Assembly: GCF_000020025.1 (NCBI RefSeq)
Contig: NC_010628.1
Span: 8,130,001 to 8,162,000, forward strand
Direction: 5' to 3'
From: Nostoc punctiforme PCC 73102
Lineage (GTDB): Bacteria; Cyanobacteriota; Cyanobacteriia; Cyanobacteriales; Nostocaceae
Length of the DNA: 32,000 nt
How positions within the stretch are numbered: the first letter of the stretch is position 1; the number at the start of each line of letters is the position of its first letter. Below the pieces are notes generated by a model. The model had not been told where the DNA came from. It saw only the letters and a program-made list of their open reading frames with translations, and ran no database searches. This document shows, one piece after another, positions 8,989 to 17,981 of the stretch. The position numbers were made by a program, and so were the translations under genes.

Positions 8989-9115
8989 CTTGGTTACTGA
9001 AAGTAATCAAAATTATTGGTAAAAAGACCAAGTTTACTTTCTGTAAATAACTTACGTCTGGCTGTATCTAATCGTAGAAATGGATTTACGTCAATGTAGA
9101 GTCTAGGATGGCACT

Positions 9116-9550
9116 ATGCCAAGTTTGACCTTAATCTGGCTTCTGGCGGGAGCAGTTTTGTGTCTCATGGAACTGTTCTTACCATCGGCGTTTGTCGCCT
9201 TCATGATGGGAATTAGCGCTTTTGTGGTGGCGCTGCTGTCTGGAGTGGGTTTGGGAAATGTATGGTTGCAAGTTGTAGTTTGGCTATTACTTTCCACATT
9301 CCTTATCGTGCTTTCTCGTCGGTTTTTGCAACCACGACGACGCAAATCGAAAATTCAGGATGCAGTCATAGCCGAAACTTTAACAGAAATTCCGCCTGGT
9401 AAAACAGGACGGGTGTTATATGAGGGAAATTCCTGGCAAGCACGATGTGACGATGACAAATTTACTGTAGCACCCCATCAAAGAGTTTATGTGGTTAGGA
9501 GAGAGGGTACTACTTTGATTGTGATACCAGAAAATTTGTTGAATTCTTAG
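9116..9550 (+). CDS. NfeD-family membrane protein
   Basis: Two or three N-terminal TM helices, then a C-terminal OB-fold-like soluble domain (GKTGRVLYEGNSWQARCDD...RVYVVRREGTTLIV). It lies directly upstream of an SPFH gene, which is the conserved pairing. Confidence 0.85.
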   Translation: MPSLTLIWLLAGAVLCLMELFLPSAFVAFMMGISAFVVALLSGVGLGNVWLQVVVWLLLSTFLIVLSRRFLQPRRRKSKIQDAVIAETLTEIPPGKTGRVLYEGNSWQARCDDDKFTVAPHQRVYVVRREGTTLIVIPENLLNS

Positions 9551-9649
9551 TTATTGGGAATGGGGAATTGGTTATTTTCTTTATTTCCCCATCTCGTCCA
9601 TTTCCTACTCTCTTTAACATTTAATACTTAAAAAATCAGGAGATTCACA

Positions 9650-10657
9650 ATGGAACAGTTTTTTTTGCTCGTACTTTTAGCCCTTGGTGGTTCTGCCGTC
9701 GCGGGATCTGTGAAAGTCGTCAATCAGGGCAATGAAGCTTTGGTGGAAAGATTGGGTAGTTATAACAAAAAACTGGAACCAGGACTAAACGTGATCTTTC
9801 CTTTCATAGATAAAATTGTCTACAAAGAAACTATCCGCGAAAAAGTCTTAGATATTCCTCCACAACAGTGTATCACCCGCGACAATGTTGGCATTGAGGT
9901 AGATGCAGTGTTTTACTGGCGCATCGTGGATATGGAAAAAGCCTGGTACAAGGTAGAAAATCTCCAGGCTGCAATGATAAATATGGTGCTAACTCAAATT
10001 CGCGCTGAAATGGGGCAACTGGAGTTGGATCAAACTTTTACTGCTCGTTCTCACATTAGTGAACTTTTGCTACGGGATTTGGACGTTGCTACCGATCCTT
10101 GGGGAGTGAAAGTTACACGGGTAGAACTGCGAGATATTATTCCATCTCAGGCAGTGCGAGAATCGATGGAATTGCAAATGTCGGCAGAACGACGCAAACG
10201 GGCAGCAATTTTAACTTCTGAGGGAGAACGTGAAGCTGCTGTCAATAGCGCCAGAGGTAAAGCTGACGCGCAACTCCTGGATGCGGAAGCTCGTCAAAAA
10301 TCGACAATTTTGCAAGCGGAAGCCGAACAAAAGGCGATCATTTTGAAGGCTCAAGCGGAACGTCAGCAGCAAGTTTTGAAAGCGCAGGCGATCGCAGAAT
10401 CAGCAGACATTATTGCCCAAAAACTCCAGACTAATCCCAATGCTAATAAAGCAGTGGAAGTTCTGTTTGCTTTAGGCTATCTGGATATGGGTGCGACAAT
10501 TGGCAGAAGCGATAGCAGCAAGGTCTTATTTATAGATCCGCGTACCATTCCTGCTGCTTTTGAAGGTATGCGTTCTGTTATCTCAAATGGTCAGGTTGAC
10601 TCTAACGAGTTGTTTTCTAAGCAAATACCAGGGTTAGAAAATAACCGCTCTAGTTAA
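9650..10657 (+). CDS. SPFH/band-7 (stomatin/prohibitin-like) protein
   Basis: N-terminal anchor, then the SPFH core ([14 protein letters not shown]...[20 protein letters not shown]...[13 protein letters not shown]). A Glu/Ala/Gln-rich coiled coil follows. An AGGAG Shine-Dalgarno sequence lies 8 nt upstream of the start. Confidence 0.9.
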   Translation: MEQFFLLVLLALGGSAVAGSVKVVNQGNEALVERLGSYNKKLEPGLNVIFPFIDKIVYKETIREKVLDIPPQQCITRDNVGIEVDAVFYWRIVDMEKAWYKVENLQAAMINMVLTQIRAEMGQLELDQTFTARSHISELLLRDLDVATDPWGVKVTRVELRDIIPSQAVRESMELQMSAERRKRAAILTSEGEREAAVNSARGKADAQLLDAEARQKSTILQAEAEQKAIILKAQAERQQQVLKAQAIAESADIIAQKLQTNPNANKAVEVLFALGYLDMGATIGRSDSSKVLFIDPRTIPAAFEGMRSVISNGQVDSNELFSKQIPGLENNRSS

Positions 10658-10717
10658 GAATGAAGAGTTGGGAGTTGACATTAGTATTAACTTAAGTTTA
10701 AAACCCTTTTCAAACTT

Positions 10718-10742
10718 CGTTTCCAGTCTCAGACTGGGAACG
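10718..10742. terminator. hairpin between convergent SPFH and fur-family genes (possible bidirectional terminator)
   Basis: CGTTTCCAGTC TCA GACTGGGAACG forms an 11-bp stem with one G-U pair. The flanking T-tracts are weak. Confidence 0.35.
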
Positions 10743-10758
10743 AGACAATCACAATTAT

Positions 10759-11163
10759 CTACTGACAACCCTTTTCAGCTTGATTTACTTGGCATTGGCT
10801 GCACAATCCAAAAAACTCTAGGGTATGGTAAAAAACTTTAAACTTATGGCTAGATTCTAACTGCTCTTCTAAATCATGCACGGGGCATTGATGAATCGGA
10901 ATTGAAACACCGCATTGCAGGCAGGTAAGGTGATGTTTGTCTTGCTGGGCTAGGCTATAGAGGGCTTCACCATTAGCCAAATTCCGTACTTGTACTATGC
11001 CTTCGAGTTTTAAGGCTTCTAAAGAACGGTAAACTGTTGCTAAACCCATACTCTGATTTGTATTACGTAATTCTACGTAAATATCCTGGGCAGAAATGCC
11101 TTTTTTGATGGTTTTCAGTAGGTTGAAAATACGCTCTTGACTGCGGGTGCGTATAGCTCTCAT
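10759..11163 (-). CDS. Fur-family metal-responsive transcriptional repressor (FurB/Zur-like)
   Basis: Winged-helix N-terminus (RSQERIFNLLK...SAQDIYVELR...GLATVYRSLEALKLEGIV). Metal sites are HHLTCLQCG and FFGLCSQC. The ATG at 11163 is preferred over the TTG at 11169 in the ORF track. Confidence 0.85.
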   Translation of the reverse strand: MRAIRTRSQERIFNLLKTIKKGISAQDIYVELRNTNQSMGLATVYRSLEALKLEGIVQVRNLANGEALYSLAQQDKHHLTCLQCGVSIPIHQCPVHDLEEQLESSHKFKVFYHTLEFFGLCSQCQVNQAEKGCQ

Positions 11164-11306
11164 AGACAATTATTTAAATATGCCACTGTAGTTGAAGCTG
11201 TTAGATGGGCTAATTAATCAATTAACTTTAACTGCTTCGTAATCTTATTTTCACTCAGTTGGAACAGAAAGTTATAGTATAGCGATCGCAGCATTCAGCA
11301 AAAGCC

Positions 11307-11585
11307 GTGCAAACCAAGTATCTAGCCAAAATTTTTGTGACGCTTCGTCCTTCAGTCTTAGACCCTGCTGGTGTGGCTGTACAATCCGGTCTTCAGCAAC
11401 TGGGATACGATAACGTTGACCAGGTGCGGATTGGCAAGTACATTGAACTCACCATCACCTCGACTGAGGAAAAGAAAGCGCGTCAAGACCTCGATCGCAT
11501 TTGTGACCAAATGCTAGCAAATCCCGTAATTGAAAATTACCGCTTTGAGTTGATTGAGGTCGAAACCCAAACGGGAGTCTTTTAG
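11307..11585 (+). CDS. purS: phosphoribosylformylglycinamidine synthase subunit PurS
   Basis: 92 aa with a GTG start. The PurS pattern is present (IFVTLRPSVLDPAGVAVQSGLQQLGY..V..VRIGKYIEL), and the gene lies immediately upstream of purQ. Confidence 0.85.
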   Translation: MQTKYLAKIFVTLRPSVLDPAGVAVQSGLQQLGYDNVDQVRIGKYIELTITSTEEKKARQDLDRICDQMLANPVIENYRFELIEVETQTGVF

Positions 11586-11596
11586 GGCATTGGGGG

Positions 11597-11683
11597 GAGA
11601 CTTGTTCAATAATTCCCCATTCCCCATTCCCCATTCCCCAATCCTCATTCCCCAATCCCCATTCCCCAATCCCCAATCCCCAA
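11597..11683. repeat. conserved core (GAGACTTGTTCAATAATTCCCC) plus 10 tandem STRR1-type heptamers (TCCCCAT/TCCCCAA)
   Basis: Heptamers were read unit by unit from 11614 to 11683. The array ends 2 nt before the purQ ATG. Confidence 0.85.
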
Positions 11684-11685
11684 TC

Positions 11686-12360
11686 ATGAAATTTGGTGTT
11701 GTTGTTTTTCCAGGTTCTAATTGCGATCGCGATGTTGCTTATGTAACCAGAGATTTGCTCTTACAACCAACTCGCATGGTTTGGCATCAAGAAACAGACA
11801 TTGCTGATTTGGATGTCATCATCATCCCTGGCGGCTTTAGTTACGGAGATTATCTGCGCTGCGGTGCGATCGCACGTTTTTCACCCGTGATGCAACAGGT
11901 TGTTGAACATGCTCAAAAGGGTAAATTTGTCATTGGTATTTGCAATGGTTTTCAGGTATTAACTGAAGCTGGACTTTTGCCAGGGATGTTAACCAGAAAT
12001 CGGGATTTGCATTTTATTTGCGATCGCGTCCCCGTGAAAGTTGAGCGTACCAATCTCTCATGGACACAAGGCTATACCAATAGTGAAGTTATCACTTTGC
12101 CCATTGCCCACGGAGAGGGGCGATTCTACGCGGATGAAGCCACTCTCGCAGAAATTGAAGATAACGGGCAAGTCGTGTTTCGTTATGAAGGGGAGAATCC
12201 CAACGGTTCACTGAACAACATTGCCGGGATTTGCAATCCTCAGGGCAATGTGTTGGGAATGATGCCGCACCCAGAAAGGGCATCTGACGCAATGCTAGGT
12301 AATAGTGATGGCTTAAGGCTCTTTCAGGGCTTGGTAGAGAAGGTAGCCGCATTAGCTTAG
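11686..12360 (+). CDS. purQ: phosphoribosylformylglycinamidine synthase glutaminase subunit PurQ
   Basis: MKFGVVVFPGSNCDRD start, the class-I amidotransferase nucleophile elbow GICNGFQ, and the HPE triad motif (MMPHPERA). The 44 codons upstream in the ORF track are translated STRR repeats and are not accepted as coding. Confidence 0.9.
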   Translation: MKFGVVVFPGSNCDRDVAYVTRDLLLQPTRMVWHQETDIADLDVIIIPGGFSYGDYLRCGAIARFSPVMQQVVEHAQKGKFVIGICNGFQVLTEAGLLPGMLTRNRDLHFICDRVPVKVERTNLSWTQGYTNSEVITLPIAHGEGRFYADEATLAEIEDNGQVVFRYEGENPNGSLNNIAGICNPQGNVLGMMPHPERASDAMLGNSDGLRLFQGLVEKVAALA

Positions 12361-12437
12361 AGCAAATATGGGGCGACTAGGTTGAGCGTTTAGCGATCGC
12401 TATCTGTAGAATAATCTTAGAGGGCGATCGCTCCATC

Positions 12438-12486
12438 ACGAATTACGAATTACGAATTACGAATTACAAATTACGAATTACGAATT
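12438..12486. repeat. 7 tandem heptamers ACGAATT (one copy is ACAAATT)
   Basis: Read directly. The array sits between the purQ 3' end and the HlyD-family gene 3' end. Confidence 0.9.
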
Positions 12487-12489
12487 ATT

Positions 12490-14073
12490 TCAACGTACCT
12501 CTTTAAGAGTATCAATTTGTTTGGTAAACAACTCAGTGAATAAACTAAGCACAGTCCGTTCTTCGCGTACTTTTATATTGGCACTGATTGACATACCTGA
12601 TTGCAATGTGACGTTTTTACCCTTAATTACTAAAGATTGTTTATCCAATGAAATTTTTGCTGGAAATCTATAAAACTGATGTGTTTGGTCTGGCGGTAAT
12701 GCGTCTGATCCTATGCCAATTACTTCCCCTTTAATATCGCCAAATTCGCTGTAAGGAAAAGAGTCAATTCTTACATCTACCTTCATGCCTTTTCGCACAA
12801 AACCGATATCTTTGTTAGTGATGAAAACTTCAGCTATATAGTTTTCCTTTGGGACAATTTGCAGCATTTTTGTTGTCGGGTTCGCTACAAATCCAGGATT
12901 TTTTGCTTGTAAATCGAAAACTGTTCCAGCTACAGGCGCACGAAGTTCTTGATACTTAACGTTTAACTGTGTTTGAGAGATTTTACTATTGACATCTGCC
13001 AAACGCTGTTCATTATCTAGGATAACTTTCATAAATTGGCTATCAATTGCGGCAATACGCTGTTTGTTATCAGCTATCTTATCCAAAACGTTTTTATCAG
13101 AAACAGCCACTGTATTGCTTAATTCTTGTTGACCCTTTTCTATATCAAACTGGAGGCGTTTTTCTTCCTCACCTAGTTGTGCTACTTCCGCCGTGCGGTT
13201 TTGTACTTCTTGTTGCTGGTTGAGATACTGAAGTTGAGAAATACCACCTTCTTCTGATAATATTTTCAGTTTATCTAAGATGCCCTGTTGAATGGCTAAA
13301 CTCGCTTTACTATCTTCCAGCTTAAATTTATTTTGAGCTAGTTGTTTTTTGATTTTTTCTACTTCCAACTGCGCCGCAGCAGAACGAGAATCTAATTCTT
13401 TTTTGGCAACTCGTAGACGTTGTTGCTCATCAATTCCTAAACTAGAATCTCGACCAGAATTTCTTAATTGAGTCCGTAATAAGTCATTTTCTTCTACTAA
13501 CGCTACCCGACTTTTCAGCAGAAAAGCAGTTTCTTGTGGCAAATTACCGCGCAAATATAACAGTTCAGATCCCCCGGCAGTAGTTGCCCCCATCAATCGC
13601 CGATAAATCTGATTTTCTTTAATTAATGCAATACGGATTTTATTCAAAGAATTTAATTCGGCAACAGTGGCGATGGAATCAAAAGTCAGCAACAAATCCC
13701 CTGACTTTACCTCTTGCCCATCTTTAACATTAACTGTTTTCACAACTCCACTAACAGGAGCCTGAACTTCTTTGATTGTTCCCTGCGGCTTTAATTGCCC
13801 TGTTGCTGGTACTACTTGCTCAATTTTCGCAAAATAAGCCCAAGCAATTCCAAAGCAGGCTAACCCAATGAGAGTAACCATGATTGTCCGCGACCAAACT
13901 GGAGATTGCCGCAAGACAATTGCTTGCTCAAATTCCTGACTACTGGAGTTAATTAAAGACTCTTGAGCAGCTTTTTGTTGTTTTGTAAGTATCGGTGAAT
14001 CTTGCTTGACTCCATTTTTCTGATTACCAGTTTTCTGATTGCCGTTGTGGTGATTCCCATTAAGTTGAGTCAT
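12490..14073 (-). CDS. HlyD-family type I secretion periplasmic adaptor
   Basis: Single TM (IMVTLIGLACFGIAWAYFA). Lipoyl hairpin halves are present (VQAPVSGVVKTVNVKDGQEVKSGDLLLTFD and LRAPVAGTVFDL) with a ~230 aa coiled coil between them. A C-terminal beta-barrel follows. The gene lies 92 nt downstream of the ABC gene. Confidence 0.9.
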   Translation of the reverse strand: MTQLNGNHHNGNQKTGNQKNGVKQDSPILTKQQKAAQESLINSSSQEFEQAIVLRQSPVWSRTIMVTLIGLACFGIAWAYFAKIEQVVPATGQLKPQGTIKEVQAPVSGVVKTVNVKDGQEVKSGDLLLTFDSIATVAELNSLNKIRIALIKENQIYRRLMGATTAGGSELLYLRGNLPQETAFLLKSRVALVEENDLLRTQLRNSGRDSSLGIDEQQRLRVAKKELDSRSAAAQLEVEKIKKQLAQNKFKLEDSKASLAIQQGILDKLKILSEEGGISQLQYLNQQQEVQNRTAEVAQLGEEEKRLQFDIEKGQQELSNTVAVSDKNVLDKIADNKQRIAAIDSQFMKVILDNEQRLADVNSKISQTQLNVKYQELRAPVAGTVFDLQAKNPGFVANPTTKMLQIVPKENYIAEVFITNKDIGFVRKGMKVDVRIDSFPYSEFGDIKGEVIGIGSDALPPDQTHQFYRFPAKISLDKQSLVIKGKNVTLQSGMSISANIKVREERTVLSLFTELFTKQIDTLKEVR

Positions 14074-14076
14074 AAC

Positions 14077-14111
14077 GATTTTGGGTTTTAGATTTTAGAT
14101 TTTGGATTTTT
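14077..14111. repeat. 5 tandem heptamers GATTTT(G/A/T) in the ABC-HlyD spacer
   Basis: Read directly: GATTTTG GGTTTTA GATTTTA GATTTTG GATTTTT. Confidence 0.6.
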
Positions 14112-14165
14112 GGTTGGGTGGACACTGTTCAAATTATGTAATGCTATGCCGCCAAGAATAACTAA

Positions 14166-17100
14166 TTACAAGTTCACATCCTGTTGCTGATACAGATAAT
14201 AATAATGACCTTTACTAGCCATTAATTCTTGATGGCTACCTTGTTCTATAACCCTACTATTATCCATCACAACAATCATGTCTGCATTACTGACGGTGTT
14301 TAATCGATGGGTAATAAAAAATACTGTATCCCCCTTAAATGCTTTGGCTAAATTGAGACATATTTGCCGTTCTGTGGGATAGTCTAGGGCGCTAGTTGCT
14401 TCATCTAGAACTAACAATTTTGGTCGTTGTAAAACAGAACGAGCGATCGCAATTCTTTGCCTTTGTCCACCTGAAAGCGCAGATCCCCGTTCTCCTACTC
14501 GTGTGTTGTAACCGTTGGGCAAGTTCATAATAAACTCGTGAGCGCACGCAACCTGAGCCGCTTCGATAATTTCTTCGGTTGTCGCATCAGGATTCGTCAG
14601 AGCAATATTTTCTTGAACGCTACCGTCAAACAACAATGTTTCTTGAGGAACTACGCCAATTTGTCGTCGCAGTGAATAAAGTTCGACTTTGGCAATATCA
14701 TAACCATCAATCAAAATTCTGCCGGACTCAGTTTCATAAAGTCTCAGCAGCAATTTCATCATCGTACTTTTACCCGATCCACTTTGTCCGACGATGCCGA
14801 TAAATTTTCCTGGCGCAAATTCGAGGTTGACGTTGGAAAGTTGCAGAGGGCCACTCGTGCCAAATCGAAAGGAAACATTTTCATATTTTACTGCTCCCTT
14901 AATCGTCGGTAAGGGTATGTTGTAACGGTCTGTTTCTCCTTCTTGTGGCGTATCGACAATATCGCTTAAACGTTCTAGAGATAAGGCTGTTTCTTGGAAG
15001 CTTTGCCAGAGTTGAGCTAAACGCAATATTGGGCTGGTGACGTAACCGGATATAATTCTAAAGGCAATTAATTCGCCTAAAGTTAATTGCTGTTGCAATA
15101 CTAAATAAGCTCCTACCCACAAAACCAGTAAGCTGCTGAGTTTGTTGAGAAAGTTACTGGTGGAGTTAGCAAGGGTAGAAGTTACAACTGTTTTAAAACC
15201 AGCAGCGACAAACCGAGCATAACGCTCTTGCCAAGAAAAGCGCGATCGCAATTCGATATTTTGCGCTTTTACAGTTTGAATTCCTGACATCACCTCCACT
15301 AAATAAGATTGAGTTTCGGCGTTGCGTTCGGCTTTACCACGTAACTGTCTACTAATGGTGGGAGAAGCAATTAAGGTAATCACGATAAACACAGGAATTG
15401 TGCTTAAGCCTACCAAGGTGAGTTGCCAACTGTAAATCAGCATTACACCGATATACACCACCGAGAACAGAGCATCTAACCCGACAGTTAAGGCAGTACC
15501 AGTCAAAAATTGGCGAATATTTTCTAATTCGTTGATGCGAGTGGAAAGTTCACCCACCGGTCGGCGTTCAAAGTAGCGTAGTGGTAAACGTAACAAATGA
15601 TCGATAATTTGTGATCCTAAACCCATATCGATCCGGTTAGTGGTATCGACAAATAAGTAGGTTCGTAAGGTAGTCAGTACTGCTTCAAATAGCCCGACTA
15701 CTAATAGTAAAACCCCCAAAATATGTAGAGTACCAATACTATTTTGAGTGATAACTTTGTCGATAATTAACTGAACCACCAGAGGATTCGCCAATGCTGC
15801 CAACTGCACGAAAAAGGAGGCGATAAAAACCTCTATCAAAACTCGACGGTGCTTTGACAAATATGGCAGAAACCACCGTAAACTAAAACGTTCTTGGGGT
15901 GTTTGGTTGGTAGCAGTGAGCAGTAATACTCTAGCTTGGGGCGGAAAGTTGGTTGGATCAACATCTAATTGTTCAACCAATTGAGCAGGTTTACAGCGCA
16001 CAATTCCTTTGGATGGGACACCAACAACCACGGTATTTGCATCTGCCGCATATAAAACTGCAAAATTATCACCATAGCGAATCAATGCTGGTGTAGGAAT
16101 ACGGGTTATTGAGGAGACTGGTATTTCTATTAACTGCGCCTTAAGTCCGATTAATTCTGCCAGGTAAGCAGTAACTTGAAACGATATAAGACCCTGACGT
16201 TTGACTTGTTCAGTTAAGATGCGGCGAACCACTTCTCGACGAAACGGTATTTCTAGGTGCTTCGCGATCATTTGGAAGCAGGCGAAGGCAGTATTTAATT
16301 CTCCCTTTCCACTAAAAAACGGGTATTTTTGTTTTGACGAACTCTTTGAGGTTTCGGGAAATGTCTGGGGAACGATTTCGTCTGATGCGTAAGGGATATC
16401 TAATTCATGGTCGTTTTGGCTATCTACTTGGGTGTTATTAACCGCCAGTACTATCTGATGACTATCTTCTAAAATCAAATCTGACGGATGGATGCCAACT
16501 AACCTTGAAGGGTTTTGACCTATGATCTGAATCTTGTCTCGGTCGTCGTCTGCTTCTAGGCGATCGCCAGGTGATAAATTCGTGACTGTACCACCGCCAC
16601 TTACAAACCAGACCCTTGCGCTATCCAGTTGGTTAAATGCAGTTTTTCCTGGAGGTAAGTAATGGATTTTTGCCTGCGGTAAGGCTTTTTCTGTGAGTTC
16701 TCTGAGATTTAAAGTTGCGATCGCTTGTTTTTGCCAATAGGAGGCGAGAATATCAAAAACTTCTATCAAATAACTTCGATTCTTGCGGGCTTCGGCAAAA
16801 GCGGGGTATGAAGCGAGAAAACTAAAATATGCCGATGCACTTAAGGTTAAACATACTACTTCGGTAGAGGCGATCGCAGTCTCGCAGGCAACATCGCGCA
16901 ACAAACTAATTTCGCCGATAATTTCTCCAGGTTGCAGCAATTTTAAGGTAATTGGCATTTGCGTCTGGGGGTCGTATCCCAAGAGGCGCACTTGTCCCTC
17001 ATAAATAATGGTGATGCGTTCCGGGAGGCTTTCTTTACCGATGATTTTTTGACCTATGCGATAGCGCCAGGCTTGCAGTTGTTCTGATAGATTAGCGATC

Positions 17101-17174
17101 GCTCCATCGGGTAACTGTTCAAACCCTTCTATGGTAGTCAGAAATTCAGGAAAAGTGTTCTTAATATAAGTCAT
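14166..17174 (-). CDS. type I secretion ABC transporter with N-terminal cNMP-binding-like domain(s), catalytically dead C39-like domain, 6-TM ABC domain and ATPase
   Basis: CAP_ED-like fold (ITIIYEGQVRLL...LQPGEIIGEISLL...ETAIAS). The C39-like segment is GELNTAFACFQMIAKHLEIPF...GDNFAVLY...VVVGVPSKG. Walker A is GQSGSGKST, the signature is LSGGQRQR and Walker B is LLVLDEATSALD. The ATG at 17174 is preferred over the TTG at 17183. Confidence 0.9.
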   Translation of the reverse strand: MTYIKNTFPEFLTTIEGFEQLPDGAIANLSEQLQAWRYRIGQKIIGKESLPERITIIYEGQVRLLGYDPQTQMPITLKLLQPGEIIGEISLLRDVACETAIASTEVVCLTLSASAYFSFLASYPAFAEARKNRSYLIEVFDILASYWQKQAIATLNLRELTEKALPQAKIHYLPPGKTAFNQLDSARVWFVSGGGTVTNLSPGDRLEADDDRDKIQIIGQNPSRLVGIHPSDLILEDSHQIVLAVNNTQVDSQNDHELDIPYASDEIVPQTFPETSKSSSKQKYPFFSGKGELNTAFACFQMIAKHLEIPFRREVVRRILTEQVKRQGLISFQVTAYLAELIGLKAQLIEIPVSSITRIPTPALIRYGDNFAVLYAADANTVVVGVPSKGIVRCKPAQLVEQLDVDPTNFPPQARVLLLTATNQTPQERFSLRWFLPYLSKHRRVLIEVFIASFFVQLAALANPLVVQLIIDKVITQNSIGTLHILGVLLLVVGLFEAVLTTLRTYLFVDTTNRIDMGLGSQIIDHLLRLPLRYFERRPVGELSTRINELENIRQFLTGTALTVGLDALFSVVYIGVMLIYSWQLTLVGLSTIPVFIVITLIASPTISRQLRGKAERNAETQSYLVEVMSGIQTVKAQNIELRSRFSWQERYARFVAAGFKTVVTSTLANSTSNFLNKLSSLLVLWVGAYLVLQQQLTLGELIAFRIISGYVTSPILRLAQLWQSFQETALSLERLSDIVDTPQEGETDRYNIPLPTIKGAVKYENVSFRFGTSGPLQLSNVNLEFAPGKFIGIVGQSGSGKSTMMKLLLRLYETESGRILIDGYDIAKVELYSLRRQIGVVPQETLLFDGSVQENIALTNPDATTEEIIEAAQVACAHEFIMNLPNGYNTRVGERGSALSGGQRQRIAIARSVLQRPKLLVLDEATSALDYPTERQICLNLAKAFKGDTVFFITHRLNTVSNADMIVVMDNSRVIEQGSHQELMASKGHYYYLYQQQDVNL

Positions 17175-17913
17175 AAAAAACAATTAAAAGCGAGGAATTA
17201 AGTCGAAAATATTAGGGAGTATTTCTTTTACTAACAGTGGTAGTGTTTGGTTTTATGCTAGTAGTGGCAATACTTCTGTACAATTCAGGTGCCTAAATAT
17301 GTAATAGTACAGAGCGTAGCTTCGTCTAATTGCAGACCTGTATTTATATCACATGGTTACGATTGTTACACGTTTCTCAAAACCAAGCATAATGTAAATA
17401 GAGCGAGGACAAGTTATCACTTGGTTAACGACACATAATTTATACAAACTTAAAATCAATATTTAAGCATCGCAAATATGCAAGATGGATACTCATCATC
17501 AAACCAAGACACATAAAGGCGGTTGTTAAATTTAGTGTCGCATATTTTAATTTATGATAATCAACATGAAAATATCACAGATACCTTCCTAAGTAAATAC
17601 CCCACTTAAAAATCATGTAATAAAAAAAACTTTAAATTTCTGAATTATTTTTTACATATTTTTGAATATAGGGATTGACAATATCCTAATAGCTAAAGAA
17701 AGTTAGCTAAACAACGCCATACCCGATTTATGAAAAAATTCTCTATCACTTTTTTGGTAGCTTAATTTAATAAAAATTAACTGCAAAAGTAAAGGTGAAG
17801 ATTTTTTATCATCTTAGAGGAATCAACTATTCAATTTATGAAGGAAAGACAATAACTGACTTCAGTAAATTCACTAGTTTAATTAATATCCAGTTAATTT
17901 AACCGCAATGCAT

Positions 17914-17951
17914 AAAACAGTCTCATCCCGGTTGCGGGATGAGACTGTTTT
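17914..17951 (-). terminator. strong intrinsic terminator downstream of the FG-GAP gene
   Basis: 17-bp perfect stem AAAACAGTCTCATCCCG / CGGGATGAGACTGTTTT with loop GTTG. On the minus strand the stem is followed by TTTTAT. It lies 31 nt after the stop at 17982. Confidence 0.75.
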
Positions 17952-17981
17952 ATCTTACTAAATAATTACTCGCATCCGATG

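Noticed and set aside
11554-11685. 44-codon N-terminal extension of purQ in the ORF track
   Set aside because: The extension overlaps the purS 3' end and consists of translated heptamer repeats (PFPIPHSPILIPQSPFPNPQSP). The conserved PurQ N-terminus MKFGVVVFPGSNCD begins at the ATG at 11686.
17175-17183. TTG-extended starts in the ORF track (ABC at 17183, FG-GAP at 20399, fur at 11169)
   Set aside because: Each has an in-frame ATG 2-25 codons downstream that begins the conserved part of the protein. The extensions add no recognisable sequence. The choice remains uncertain without RBS or proteomic data.
17184-17981. Possible double-glycine leader peptides or bacteriocin precursors upstream of the C39-type ABC transporter
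   Set aside because: I read every ATG on both strands. The longest ORFs are about 12-24 codons (for example MCLGLMMSIHLAYLRCLNIDFKFV and MDTHHQTKTHKGGC), with no leader-GG-core organisation. The transporter's C39-like domain also lacks its catalytic triad, so leader cleavage is not expected.
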